Positions 14,895 to 22,715 of a stretch of DNA of 33,749 nt are shown here, piece by piece. Numbering within the stretch: the stretch's first letter is position 1; the number at the start of each line of letters is the position of its first letter. The DNA is from a virus. The position numbers and the translations under genes are program-made. The notes under the pieces are model-generated. The model ran no database searches. It was given only the letters and a program-made list of their open reading frames with translations, and had not been told where the DNA came from. Location: the IMG/VR virus record IMGVR_UViG_3300010389_000062. One strand, given 5' to 3'.

Positions 14895-17200
14895 TGGCCG
14901 GCCGTTCGATCAACATCACACGCCGCAAATTGATGACTCGGCAAGAAGCCGAGAGCAGCGGATGGTCTTGGGAGAACGGCGTCGCCACCTTGTCTTACAC
15001 GGTGGACATTCCAGCCAGGTCATCCAAGGGAGGCATTTACAGCCTCGAGCCGCCAGCCAGGGAGCCATCAGTCGACGCAAGGTATTCACTGGCCGCTGCG
15101 GAGGTGCAGCCACCGAACACCGCAGGGCCGGCCCAGGGAGCCCAGGGAGAGCTCTGCGGCAGGCAGCAGGCAGCCGTCATCGGTCAGGCCGTCCCGATAG
15201 TCTTTGCGCGCCGTGTGGGCGATCGCGGCGGCGTGTTCATCACACCACCGGCAACTGATGCGCGATACGAGAACGACGCCAGCAACAACCTGACGGCGAG
15301 CTACCACCTGATCCTTGGCGATGGCCCGATGGGCAGCGTTCAGGTGCGCGATGTGTTCCAGTGCACCTGCCGTGTCGGATCGTTCACGCAGACCTATAAC
15401 CGGAGGGCGGGCGACTGGGACCCCGGCAACTTCCTGGTGGAGCGCGAGGGTTACACCCTCCAGAACGTGCCGGACTACTGCGGCAGCAAGGGCACCGGCG
15501 AGGGCATGACGACCTTCAGCTACGAGAACTCCTATCCGGACGGATCGGGCGACTGGGCGCTCGAGGTGCAAGTCTTCATCCGCGAAGGCCGGACGGTCAC
15601 CAGGCTGGCCGATAGCGTGTCAGGCCCCAGCAGCAACTTCGCCGACCTGTTCAAGCTGGCCATGGAGGTGAGCGCGAAGCTCCCGGCCGACATGATCGAC
15701 ACGACGCGGCTGCAGACCGCTGCACTGTTCCTGGATGCGAACCAGCTTTACTGCGACATCAACATCAAGGAGACGCAGAGCCTTGATGACTTCATCAGCG
15801 CGAACGCGCCATATTTCCTGGTGCGCGAGACACGCGTGGATGGCAAGCGCGGGCTGAGGCCACTGCTGCCGATCGATGGCAGCTATGCCATCAAGACCGA
15901 TCCGATCCCGTGGGAGTTCGAGTTCACCGAGGACTTCATCATCCCGGGCAGCCTGCAAGTTGACTTCACGCCACTGGAGCAGCGCAAGCCGAAGCTGATG
16001 CTGGCGATGTGGCGTCAGCAGCCTGGCGACACGTTTGGGATCATCAGGACGGCTGAGGTGGGCTATGGCAGCGACCGGAGCTCAGGCAACGTCGAGCAGC
16101 ACGACATGTCCACGTTCTGTACGCATGAGCTCCATGCGGTGCGGGCGATGGCTTACAAGCGAGCACGGCAGAAATGGTCAACGCACACCATCAGCTGGGC
16201 CTGCCGGCCTGAGGTTTACAACAGGATCCTGGAGGAAGGCGACATCGTGCGGCTGACTTACCAGCGCAACGCCAGCGACGGCAGCACGACAACGCACGAC
16301 TACCTCTACGAGCTGGATCAGATAGAGAAAACCTCCACCGGCGAGATCGTGTTCCAGGCCACGCACTTCCCTGTCGACGCTGAGGGCCGGTCGCTGGTGG
16401 CGCTGACCGTGGCGCAGGCTGAAGCCCAGGGACTGAACTACGAAGACGACATCAGGACCGGGATCGACTGCGACGAGAACAGCAGCGCCGATACGTCGGT
16501 GCCCGCTGAGGTGTTCCAGGCTGTCGCCCCTGGCGATCCACCGAACCCACCGCCACCGCCACCACCGCTGCCTCCTGCCCCCTTCCCGCCTGGTGATCCA
16601 GAGCCACCGCCGGAACCACCACCGGGAGGCTATCCACCGCCGCCAGTGCCACCGGCACCGATCCCCACGCCACCGGATGATCCATTCGATCCGTGTGACA
16701 CACCCTGTTATCAAAACACTTTCTACAACGTGACTGTGTGCCCGGCTGGATACACCGAAGTCGGGTCATTCACGAAAGGCGAGCCCGGCACTGATGAGTA
16801 CGAGTTTGGCATGATCTGCGAGGATTGCCTGCCGCCAGCTGACATCGACTGCTACCCGCTTGATTGCTGCACACCCGATCAGATCGCCTGGGGCTTCACC
16901 TGCGTTACTAAAGTAACCATTCGGATTTATTTTTACAGCGATCCAGATAACCGATGGATTCCTGTAATAAACGGAACCATGACAACATCTGACGGATCGT
17001 TTACGCTTGATGATCCTGTGCCTATTGTTAGTGGAGGAGATATTGTCGCTTATCTCTACACCTGGAGATGGGTTAATCGGTGCGGCGATGCGCGAACCTT
17101 CGAGACAAGCTATGTGACTCCATACGCTCCGAACATACAGTTCAAATACGAGCGCACCCCTGAAATAGGCTTTGATCAAACATGCATTGAATGTGTATGA
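14894..17200 (+). CDS. Tail tip/host-specificity protein with a Pro-rich linker and a Cys-rich C-terminal domain
   Basis: 768 aa, the largest tail gene after the tape measure. It has a ~55-aa polyproline stretch (16529-16692) followed by a 12-Cys C-terminal domain encoded by AT-richer DNA. Confidence 0.65.
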   Translation: MAGRSINITRRKLMTRQEAESSGWSWENGVATLSYTVDIPARSSKGGIYSLEPPAREPSVDARYSLAAAEVQPPNTAGPAQGAQGELCGRQQAAVIGQAVPIVFARRVGDRGGVFITPPATDARYENDASNNLTASYHLILGDGPMGSVQVRDVFQCTCRVGSFTQTYNRRAGDWDPGNFLVEREGYTLQNVPDYCGSKGTGEGMTTFSYENSYPDGSGDWALEVQVFIREGRTVTRLADSVSGPSSNFADLFKLAMEVSAKLPADMIDTTRLQTAALFLDANQLYCDINIKETQSLDDFISANAPYFLVRETRVDGKRGLRPLLPIDGSYAIKTDPIPWEFEFTEDFIIPGSLQVDFTPLEQRKPKLMLAMWRQQPGDTFGIIRTAEVGYGSDRSSGNVEQHDMSTFCTHELHAVRAMAYKRARQKWSTHTISWACRPEVYNRILEEGDIVRLTYQRNASDGSTTTHDYLYELDQIEKTSTGEIVFQATHFPVDAEGRSLVALTVAQAEAQGLNYEDDIRTGIDCDENSSADTSVPAEVFQAVAPGDPPNPPPPPPPLPPAPFPPGDPEPPPEPPPGGYPPPPVPPAPIPTPPDDPFDPCDTPCYQNTFYNVTVCPAGYTEVGSFTKGEPGTDEYEFGMICEDCLPPADIDCYPLDCCTPDQIAWGFTCVTKVTIRIYFYSDPDNRWIPVINGTMTTSDGSFTLDDPVPIVSGGDIVAYLYTWRWVNRCGDARTFETSYVTPYAPNIQFKYERTPEIGFDQTCIECV

Positions 17201-17442
17201 CCACCCCGACCCCCTCGATCCGCACCATGGCCGAGAGCCTGCTGGTCTCCACCGGCCAGGCCATCAAGCACGGCGTCGCATCAGACGACACCTACCGCTA
17301 CCGGCTGGCCACCTGCTTCAGCTGCGAGCAGTTCAACCACAAGTCCCGTCGCTGCGGCAAGTGCGGCTGCTTCATGGCAGCCAAGGCTCGCATCGCTGGC
17401 GATCCTCGGATGCTCTGTCCCCTCCACCTGTGGCAACGTTGA
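17197..17442 (+). CDS. Small Cys-rich (zinc-ribbon-like) protein
   Basis: ATGA overlap with the tail-tip stop. Motif CFSCEQF...RRCGKCGCFMAAKARI....CPLHLW. An alternative ATG lies at 17191. Confidence 0.6.
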   Translation: MTTPTPSIRTMAESLLVSTGQAIKHGVASDDTYRYRLATCFSCEQFNHKSRRCGKCGCFMAAKARIAGDPRMLCPLHLWQR

Positions 17443-17445
17443 GCC

Positions 17446-18027
17446 ATGGCCACGTTTCCCGCCCTGACCCCTGCTACCCGTGTCGTCTCACCGGCGCAGT
17501 TCCAGGTGCAGCCGCACAGCAGCATGAACGGGCTCTACGGCTCCACCCTGCTGTGCAATTCCGCGCGGGATCAGTTGATCGAGGTGACCTTCGCCGCCTT
17601 GTCGACGGCTGATAAGGATCTGATCGTCGATCACTACGACGGGCAGGACAGCGGCTTCCTTGCCTTCGACGTGCCCAACAGCCTGCTGTCAGGCTTCACC
17701 CCTGGCGACTACATCTCGGGCGGCTTCCTGTGGCGCTACAGCCAGCCCCCAGAGGTGGTCGATCGCCCCACCGGCGACACCGGCAGCTGCACCCTGGTGC
17801 ATGACGTGAGCGTGAGCCTGATCTCTCAGGTGGCCGACCTGCAGTTCGTCGCCGGGGCTGATCTGCGGATCGGCGTCAGCTTCTACGCTGAACCCATCAC
17901 CACCGTGGCAGGCACAGGCCTGACCATCGGCCTGACCTTCACGCCTGGCTTGCCTACAGTTCCAGCACCAGGCGCAGACCTGACCATCTCTGTCAGCTTC
18001 GCCGCTGGCGCCGCCACCACTCCCTGA
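17446..18027 (+). CDS. Hypothetical tail-module protein, paralogue of 18439..18780, with C-terminal tandem repeats
   Basis: 193 aa. Its N-domain aligns with the 113-aa ORF (FP..P..R...L.LTF..L....KDI.DHY.GQ......F......LL....W.Y..PP). It has three GxxL(T/R)I(G/S)(V/L)(S/T)F units at 17854-18000. Confidence 0.65.
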   Translation: MATFPALTPATRVVSPAQFQVQPHSSMNGLYGSTLLCNSARDQLIEVTFAALSTADKDLIVDHYDGQDSGFLAFDVPNSLLSGFTPGDYISGGFLWRYSQPPEVVDRPTGDTGSCTLVHDVSVSLISQVADLQFVAGADLRIGVSFYAEPITTVAGTGLTIGLTFTPGLPTVPAPGADLTISVSFAAGAATTP

Positions 18028-18031
18028 CACC

Positions 18032-18439
18032 ATGGCCAGCCTTATCTACAACAAGTTCCTGGACTACCTGGCGGACAATGACATCAGCGATGACACCTTC
18101 AAGGTGGCGCTGGTGACCAGCAGCTACTCGCCGGACAAGGATGCCGACGAGTTCTTCGATGACGTCACCAACGAGGTGAGCGGCACTGGCTACACCGCTG
18201 GCGGCGAGACGGTGACCGGCACCCTCACGCTCGACACGGCGAACGACAAGCTGACCCTGGAGTTTGCGAGCACCAACTGGACGTCAGCCACCATCACCGC
18301 ACGGGGCGCCGTCTACTACTCGAGCACTGGCACCGCATCAACCTCCACCCTGATCGCGTTTAACGACTTCGGGAGTGACGTGGCGGTGACCTCCGGCACC
18401 CTGGCCCTGGCAGCGTCGACAGTGACCCTGCAGAACTGA
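18032..18439 (+). CDS. Hypothetical tail-module protein
   Basis: 135-aa ORF with T/S/A-rich beta-type composition, TGATG-coupled downstream. Confidence 0.65.
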   Translation: MASLIYNKFLDYLADNDISDDTFKVALVTSSYSPDKDADEFFDDVTNEVSGTGYTAGGETVTGTLTLDTANDKLTLEFASTNWTSATITARGAVYYSSTGTASTSTLIAFNDFGSDVAVTSGTLALAASTVTLQN

Positions 18440-18780
18440 TGGCCGTCTTCCCACCCTATGAGCCCGACGAGCGCAGCTACGACCTCGGCGCTCATCCGGT
18501 GGTGACACAGCAGGGATGGGCTGGTGGTGCCATGCGCTTCCGAACCGGATCCGTCCGCACTGGCGCTCAGCTTCGGCTGACGTTCCGCAGGCTGGTGGAG
18601 GCCGCAGCCAAGGACATCAGGGACCACTACGCTGGCCAATTCAGCAGTGGCGAACCCTTCCAGCTGACAGACTCCACACTGCTGGATTCGCGCTACTGGG
18701 TCTACACCGACCCACCCGCAGAGACGCACGCAAGCGGCGGCCTAGTAGATCTGGCGGTGACCCTGAGATCGGTGCGCTGA
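18439..18780 (+). CDS. Hypothetical tail-module protein, paralogue of the 17446..18027 N-domain
   Basis: 113 aa. Shared motifs are listed under 17446..18027. Confidence 0.65.
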   Translation: MAVFPPYEPDERSYDLGAHPVVTQQGWAGGAMRFRTGSVRTGAQLRLTFRRLVEAAAKDIRDHYAGQFSSGEPFQLTDSTLLDSRYWVYTDPPAETHASGGLVDLAVTLRSVR

Positions 18781-18820
18781 GCCTGCGGATACACTGAGCC
18801 CGTAGGCGCACCAGCGTTCA

Positions 18821-19066
18821 GTGATCGAGATCTATGCCGCCGTCATCGGTGCCTCGATCGGCATCGCTGGCATGACAGCTTCGGGGTTTGGGAGACGAGC
18901 AGCAGAATCAAGGGAAGCCGTGATTCGGCTGACGATGGCTGTGGAGAGCATCGCGGGAAAGCTGGAGGAGCTCCACCAGGATCTCAAGGCGGACAAAAAG
19001 GAGATCTACGGCCGGCTCAACAACTGCGAAACTCGCATCACATCGCTGGAAGCGCGACCGGATTAA
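18821..19066 (+). CDS. Membrane-anchored coiled-coil protein (i-spanin-like or holin-associated)
   Basis: GTG start. An N-terminal TM segment (IYAAVIGASIGIAGMTASGF) is followed by a heptad-like helix (IAGKLEELHQDLKADKKEIYGRLNNCETRITSLE). It is located upstream of the endolysin. Confidence 0.45.
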   Translation: MIEIYAAVIGASIGIAGMTASGFGRRAAESREAVIRLTMAVESIAGKLEELHQDLKADKKEIYGRLNNCETRITSLEARPD

Positions 19067-19093
19067 GATCAGCGTGACCCCTGACTGGTCACC

Positions 19094-19393
19094 ATGCAGG
19101 AGCTCGCCAATCGGATCAAGAGCGCAGCCGGCCTGAGCGGTGGCCTGCTGGTGGGCCAAATGCTGTTCGCCGTGGCATTCGTGAGCGCCTGCGAGGTGCC
19201 GAACTTCATGAGCGCAGCACCGCAGAAAAACGCCTGCCTGGAGCGCTGGATGACAGTCTCGACGCTGTTTGTCCCCTCCGGCCTGAGCAAGGGCTCAGCG
19301 CCACTGCCAGTGCCTGCTAAGACTGAGCCGCTGGTGACACCACGCCGGGCGGCACGTCGCACCACCACGAAGACTACCGCGAAGAAGCCATGA
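19094..19393 (+). CDS. Putative lipoprotein/o-spanin-like or holin-like lysis protein
   Basis: Signal-like N-terminus ending in the lipobox-like AFVSAC. The mature part is Pro-rich with a very basic tail (RRAARRTTTKTTAKKP). Confidence 0.4.
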   Translation: MQELANRIKSAAGLSGGLLVGQMLFAVAFVSACEVPNFMSAAPQKNACLERWMTVSTLFVPSGLSKGSAPLPVPAKTEPLVTPRRAARRTTTKTTAKKP

Positions 19394-19731
19394 GCACGCT
19401 GCTAGGCCTGATCATCGGCTTGATCCTGACGAAGGCGCTGATCGAGCCGCTGGCGGCCAGGATCGGGCGGCGTTACATCCCCTCGGCGGTAGCCAGGACG
19501 CTGGACCTGCTCGATCCGTTCATGCCTCAGCTCATGGCTGAGCTGTCCCCATCGCAGCTCGAGGCGCTTGTCCGGGCGCAGCTGGAGCGACTGACCGGCG
19601 AAAGCTGGAAGGTGGACGGGCAGCTCGCGCAGTTCTTCGAGGTATTCGATCCTCGCATCAGTGCATCTAAGGCTGACCCCAGCCGCACTATCCCCAAATC
19701 CATCCGCGCCTTCATCAATGAAGCTGGTTGA
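19390..19731 (+). CDS. Single-TM protein, holin candidate
   Basis: N-terminal TM segment MSTLLGLIIGLILTKALI. ATGA coupling upstream and a 14-nt overlap with the endolysin start. Confidence 0.45.
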   Translation: MSTLLGLIIGLILTKALIEPLAARIGRRYIPSAVARTLDLLDPFMPQLMAELSPSQLEALVRAQLERLTGESWKVDGQLAQFFEVFDPRISASKADPSRTIPKSIRAFINEAG

Positions 19732-20437
19732 CCTGTTCCGGTATTACAAGCGGCTGGGCCACCAGGACGCGGCGATTGAGGAGCTGGAGGTGGCCATCAA
19801 TCAGGCAGCCCCCGGCCTGCTGAGCCGTGACCAAGACTGGTATTCAACCTGGCAGTCAGCAGTGGAAGCACCTACACCACAGTGGCCGCTGACGAAGGCT
19901 GAGCTGGGTCAGATCATGCTCTGCAAGCCCGACACCCTGAGCGACGATCTGATGAACGACCTGGCCCGATGCTGCGAGGTGTTCGGGATCGACACGCGTG
20001 TCGAGCTGGCGCACTTCCTCGGTCAGTGCGGTCACGAGTCTGGCGGGTTGCGCTGGCCTGTGGAGATCCACGACGGCAGCAACTACGAAGGCCGTCAGGA
20101 CCTGGGGAACGTCCATCCTGGTGATGGCGTCAAACATGCTGGAACTGGTTTTATCCAGGTGACTGGGAGATACAACCACCAGCGCTTCAGTGATTACTTG
20201 GCCAGCATCGGCAGACCTGACCCCAAGGTGATGCAGTTGGGCAAGGGCTACACCAGTGAGGCCTACCCGTGGTCCATCAGCGGCTTCTGGTGGCACGACA
20301 ACAAGATGAAGAAGCTGATCAGCCAGGGCGCAAGCATCGACCAGGTGGGCGCCAGAGTCAACGGCAGGATGCCTCCCAACGGTGCCCAGGATCGGAGGGA
20401 CTACACCACCAGGGCATTCAAGGTTCTGGGCGCCTGA
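19718..20437 (+). CDS. Endolysin, glycoside hydrolase family 19 (chitinase-like) catalytic domain with an extra N-terminal domain
   Basis: The start is the ATG at 19718 (MKLVDLFRYY). GH19 motifs AHFLGQCGHESGGL and YEGRQDLGNVHPGDGVKHAGTGFIQVTGRYNH are present. Confidence 0.85.
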   Translation: MKLVDLFRYYKRLGHQDAAIEELEVAINQAAPGLLSRDQDWYSTWQSAVEAPTPQWPLTKAELGQIMLCKPDTLSDDLMNDLARCCEVFGIDTRVELAHFLGQCGHESGGLRWPVEIHDGSNYEGRQDLGNVHPGDGVKHAGTGFIQVTGRYNHQRFSDYLASIGRPDPKVMQLGKGYTSEAYPWSISGFWWHDNKMKKLISQGASIDQVGARVNGRMPPNGAQDRRDYTTRAFKVLGA

Positions 20438-20602
20438 GCTCCATGGCGGCCTGCTGTAGGAACACCCGCGCCTGCCATTCCTGCCGATGCTCCCGCACCA
20501 TGCCGGCATAGGTGACCCGCCAGATCGTGCCTTCGTTCGTCTTGATCCTTTCCAGTTTTGGATGTTGCACTACCGTTCATTCAGTGAGTGAGACAGGCTG
20601 CC

Positions 20603-20857
20603 ATGGGCTGGGCTGACTGGATGGTGGTTCGCCCCAGTGTTGAAGAAGATCTGGCGATCGAAAAAGCAGCCCGTGTCCCGCTCCATCATCATGACGCTGA
20701 CGACGTCCGCAGGCTCTGCTCCAACCTGGTCAGGCACTCCTGGCTGCAAGACATGATGATCAGGCAGGCCGTGGGGCGCATCATCGAACTGGAGGCCATC
20801 GTCATGGCCAACGACAGAGCATCAGCCCCACGCCGGCCATGGTGGCGTTGGTGGTGA
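20603..20857 (+). CDS. NblA-like (phycobilisome degradation adaptor-like) small protein
   Basis: It is the only long ORF in this interval and has a GC3-rich frame. The core PSVEEDLAIEKAARV...DADDVRRLCSNLVRHSWLQDMMIRQ parallels the NblA helix-loop-helix as I recall it. Start is the ATG at 20603 or the GTG at 20588. Confidence 0.45.
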   Translation: MGWADWMVVRPSVEEDLAIEKAARVPLHHHDADDVRRLCSNLVRHSWLQDMMIRQAVGRIIELEAIVMANDRASAPRRPWWRWW

Positions 20858-21760
20858 TCAGCGCAGTGCTAGGCCGAGGTGACGCGAAATCTTCCGCATC
20901 GCCTTGTCGCGCTTCTGGCGGATGCGCTCACGGCTAACACCCTTCGACTGCCCGATCGAGTTCAGTGTCTCGTAGTTTGCCCCGTTCAGCCCGAAGCACC
21001 TGGTCAGGATCTCGGCCTCCTCTTCGCTGATGAACGCCAGGGCTGAATTGATGGCATCAATCTGCTCCACTTGGCTGGCGTAGGTGCGGTCGTCCTCGTT
21101 TGGCTCTTCTGATGCGATCAGATCAATCAGGGCGGTCCCGTCGCCGTCCCGCGTCGTCGCCGCGACGTCCAGGCTGCACATGTGAATGGAGCGCTCCAGC
21201 ACCAGGGCCAGCTGATCCTGGCTGACGCCCATCATCTCAGCAGCCTGCCGCAGCGTCAGCTCTTCGCCCGGGTTCTCCTTGCGGTAGGCCTCCCTGAGCT
21301 TCATGAGCCGGTTCAGCTTCTCAAGGGCATGGATGGGGATGCGGATCGTCCGATCGCTGGTGTCGATGCCGCGGCAGATCGCCTGGCGAATCCACCAGTA
21401 GGAGTAGGTGCTGAACTTGTAGCCGCGGGAGCTGTCGAACAGCTCAACGGCACGGTGGAGCCCGATGCACCCCTCCTGAATCAGATCCATGATCCCGTAG
21501 GTGTGGCCGGCCCTGCCCACGAACTTCTTGGCGATGTTGACCACCAGCCGGAGATTCGACGTCATCATCTTGTCGAAGGCACGTTTGCCGACTCGATACT
21601 GGCGGTGCTCCTGCGGCGTCTCGGGCTTCCCCTCCGTGTCGCGCAGCTCGATGTAGCGCTGGGCTTGGCGAGAGAGCTCGATCTCCTGGCTCGGGGTCAG
21701 CAAGGGGTAGCGGCCGATCTCCTTGAGGTAATCGGCGAAGCTGTCGGGAAAGGCAGGCAT
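20858..21760 (-). CDS. Sigma-70 family RNA polymerase sigma factor (group-2-like, lacks region 1.1)
   Basis: 300 aa. YLKEIGRYPLLTPSQEIELS; region 2 NLRLVVNIAKKF..DLIQEGCIGLHRAVELFDSSRGYKFSTYSYWWIRQAI; RTIRIPIHALEKLN; region 4.2 LNSIGQSKGVSRERIRQKRDKAMRKI. Confidence 0.9.
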   Translation of the reverse strand: MPAFPDSFADYLKEIGRYPLLTPSQEIELSRQAQRYIELRDTEGKPETPQEHRQYRVGKRAFDKMMTSNLRLVVNIAKKFVGRAGHTYGIMDLIQEGCIGLHRAVELFDSSRGYKFSTYSYWWIRQAICRGIDTSDRTIRIPIHALEKLNRLMKLREAYRKENPGEELTLRQAAEMMGVSQDQLALVLERSIHMCSLDVAATTRDGDGTALIDLIASEEPNEDDRTYASQVEQIDAINSALAFISEEEAEILTRCFGLNGANYETLNSIGQSKGVSRERIRQKRDKAMRKISRHLGLALR

Positions 21761-21796
21761 GGCTCGGGGTGGTGGAGCCCGGCCAAGCTACCACGG

Positions 21797-22147
21797 TCAG
21801 TCGGTGGATCTGACGTTCTGATGCAGCCAGATCCAGATGCTCCCCTCCCGCTCAGGATCCCAGAACGATTGTGCGCGGTACCACTCCTGCCAGTCAGTCG
21901 AGCCCTTCTTGCTGTTGCATCGGGCGCAGCAGCTGATGAGGTTGGCCCTGTCAGTCTGGCCCCCCTTGGATCTGGGCCGGACATGATCAAGCGTCGTGGC
22001 CTCCTGTCCGCAATAGGCGCAGCGGTGCTCCCAGGCCTCCAGGATCGACGCGCGAAAGCGGCGCTTTGCTGATCGTCGATCGATAAAGAGCGTGTCCTCG
22101 ATGTGATGATGGTGGCGGTCGGGCACTCGCTGCTCGTATGCCGCCAT
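21797..22147 (-). CDS. HNH endonuclease
   Basis: CAYCGQEATTLDHVRPRSKGGQTDRANLISCCARCNSKKG is a canonical HNH (beta-beta-alpha-Me) motif. Confidence 0.85.
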   Translation of the reverse strand: MAAYEQRVPDRHHHHIEDTLFIDRRSAKRRFRASILEAWEHRCAYCGQEATTLDHVRPRSKGGQTDRANLISCCARCNSKKGSTDWQEWYRAQSFWDPEREGSIWIWLHQNVRSTD

Positions 22148-22177
22148 GCATTGCCGGTATGTGGCCTGAGTCTAGGT

Positions 22178-22507
22178 TCAGAGGATCATCTTCGTTGACA
22201 GGGCCGGGTCCTCATCGGCATGCGCCTCCGGCCCCCAGCCCGTCTCCTTTAACAGCTGCTGGCCTTGTTCAACGGAAGGCGGTTTCGCTTTAACAGCATC
22301 GGCCTCCTCCAGGGTTGCGATCCACGCGTCGAAGGCTTCCCTGGATGGCGTCTTCAAGGGCAACCCAAGCCACTTCCTCAGGGCCGTGGGGCAGGTGAAG
22401 CCCATGCTGCTGCCCTTCCTGTAACCGACAAACCAGCGCTGACCATTGTCAACGCCTGTCTCGATCGGGAGGCCTCCAGGGAGGTGGAACTGTTCACGTC
22501 TGGCCAT
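22178..22507 (-). CDS. Hypothetical protein
   Basis: ATG at 22507 (MARREQFHLPGG...), 109 aa. It has a 14-nt overlap with the upstream stop and is preceded by CACCACCCCCACGGAGAG. The track ORF extension to 22672 reads as S/A/P/T junk that overlaps the 73-aa gene. Confidence 0.6.
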   Translation of the reverse strand: MARREQFHLPGGLPIETGVDNGQRWFVGYRKGSSMGFTCPTALRKWLGLPLKTPSREAFDAWIATLEEADAVKAKPPSVEQGQQLLKETGWGPEAHADEDPALSTKMIL

Positions 22508-22715
22508 TGCTCTCCGTGGGGGTGGTGTTGCCGCGCAGCTCGGCGGCGATGGCGCGGATCTCGTTGCGGTACAGGCCGCGGCCAGCGTGGACAGCCAGCT
22601 CTTCGATAGCAGCGGCGAGGCACTGCTCAACCCAGTCGTCATCAAAGGGTCCGCATAGCTCGTGGCGCTCATTGAAAACAGCTAAAGCCTTCTGGGCGGG
22701 TGAGAGTTCAGTCAT
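22494..22715 (-). CDS. Hypothetical small protein
   Basis: 73 aa (MTELSPAQKALAVFNERHELCGPFDDDWVEQ...IRAIAAELRGNTTPTESNGQT). Plausible composition, with coupled start and stop. Confidence 0.6.
   Translation of the reverse strand: MTELSPAQKALAVFNERHELCGPFDDDWVEQCLAAAIEELAVHAGRGLYRNEIRAIAAELRGNTTPTESNGQT
22510..22527 (-). repeat. 18-nt exact repeat, copy 1 (minus-strand CACCACCCCCACGGAGAG) immediately upstream of a start codon
   Basis: Identical to 23124..23141. It ends 2 nt before the ATG at 22507 and also encodes the ..TTPTE. C-terminus of the upstream gene. Confidence 0.9.

Noticed and set aside
16529-16692. The repetitive CCACC/CCGCC DNA as a tandem-repeat element or CRISPR-like array
   Set aside because: It is in frame within the tail-tip ORF and simply encodes polyproline. 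There is no repeat-spacer periodicity.
9613-17200. A diversity-generating retroelement targeting the LamG or tail-tip C-terminal domains
   Set aside because: No reverse transcriptase gene is present, and no template/variable repeat pair is detectable by eye.
18781-18807. Hairpin GCCTGCGG/CCGTAGGC between the tail and lysis genes as a terminator
   Set aside because: The stem needs a G-U pair, the loop is 11 nt, and no U-tract follows.
20418-20570. 50-aa GTG-initiated minus-strand ORF (MQHPKLERIKTNEGTIWRVTYAGMVREHRQEWQ...) in the gap after the endolysin
   Set aside because: The composition is plausible. However, it would be an isolated leftward gene between two rightward genes, it overlaps the endolysin 3' end by 20 nt, and it has no recognisable RBS or coupling. 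It is worth a check only if transcript data exist.
21182-22072. 296-aa plus-strand ORF spanning the sigma-factor and HNH loci
   Set aside because: It is antisense to two genes with clear catalytic/DNA-binding motifs. It crosses their intergenic gap and has a Leu/Ala/Gly/Pro-rich composition.
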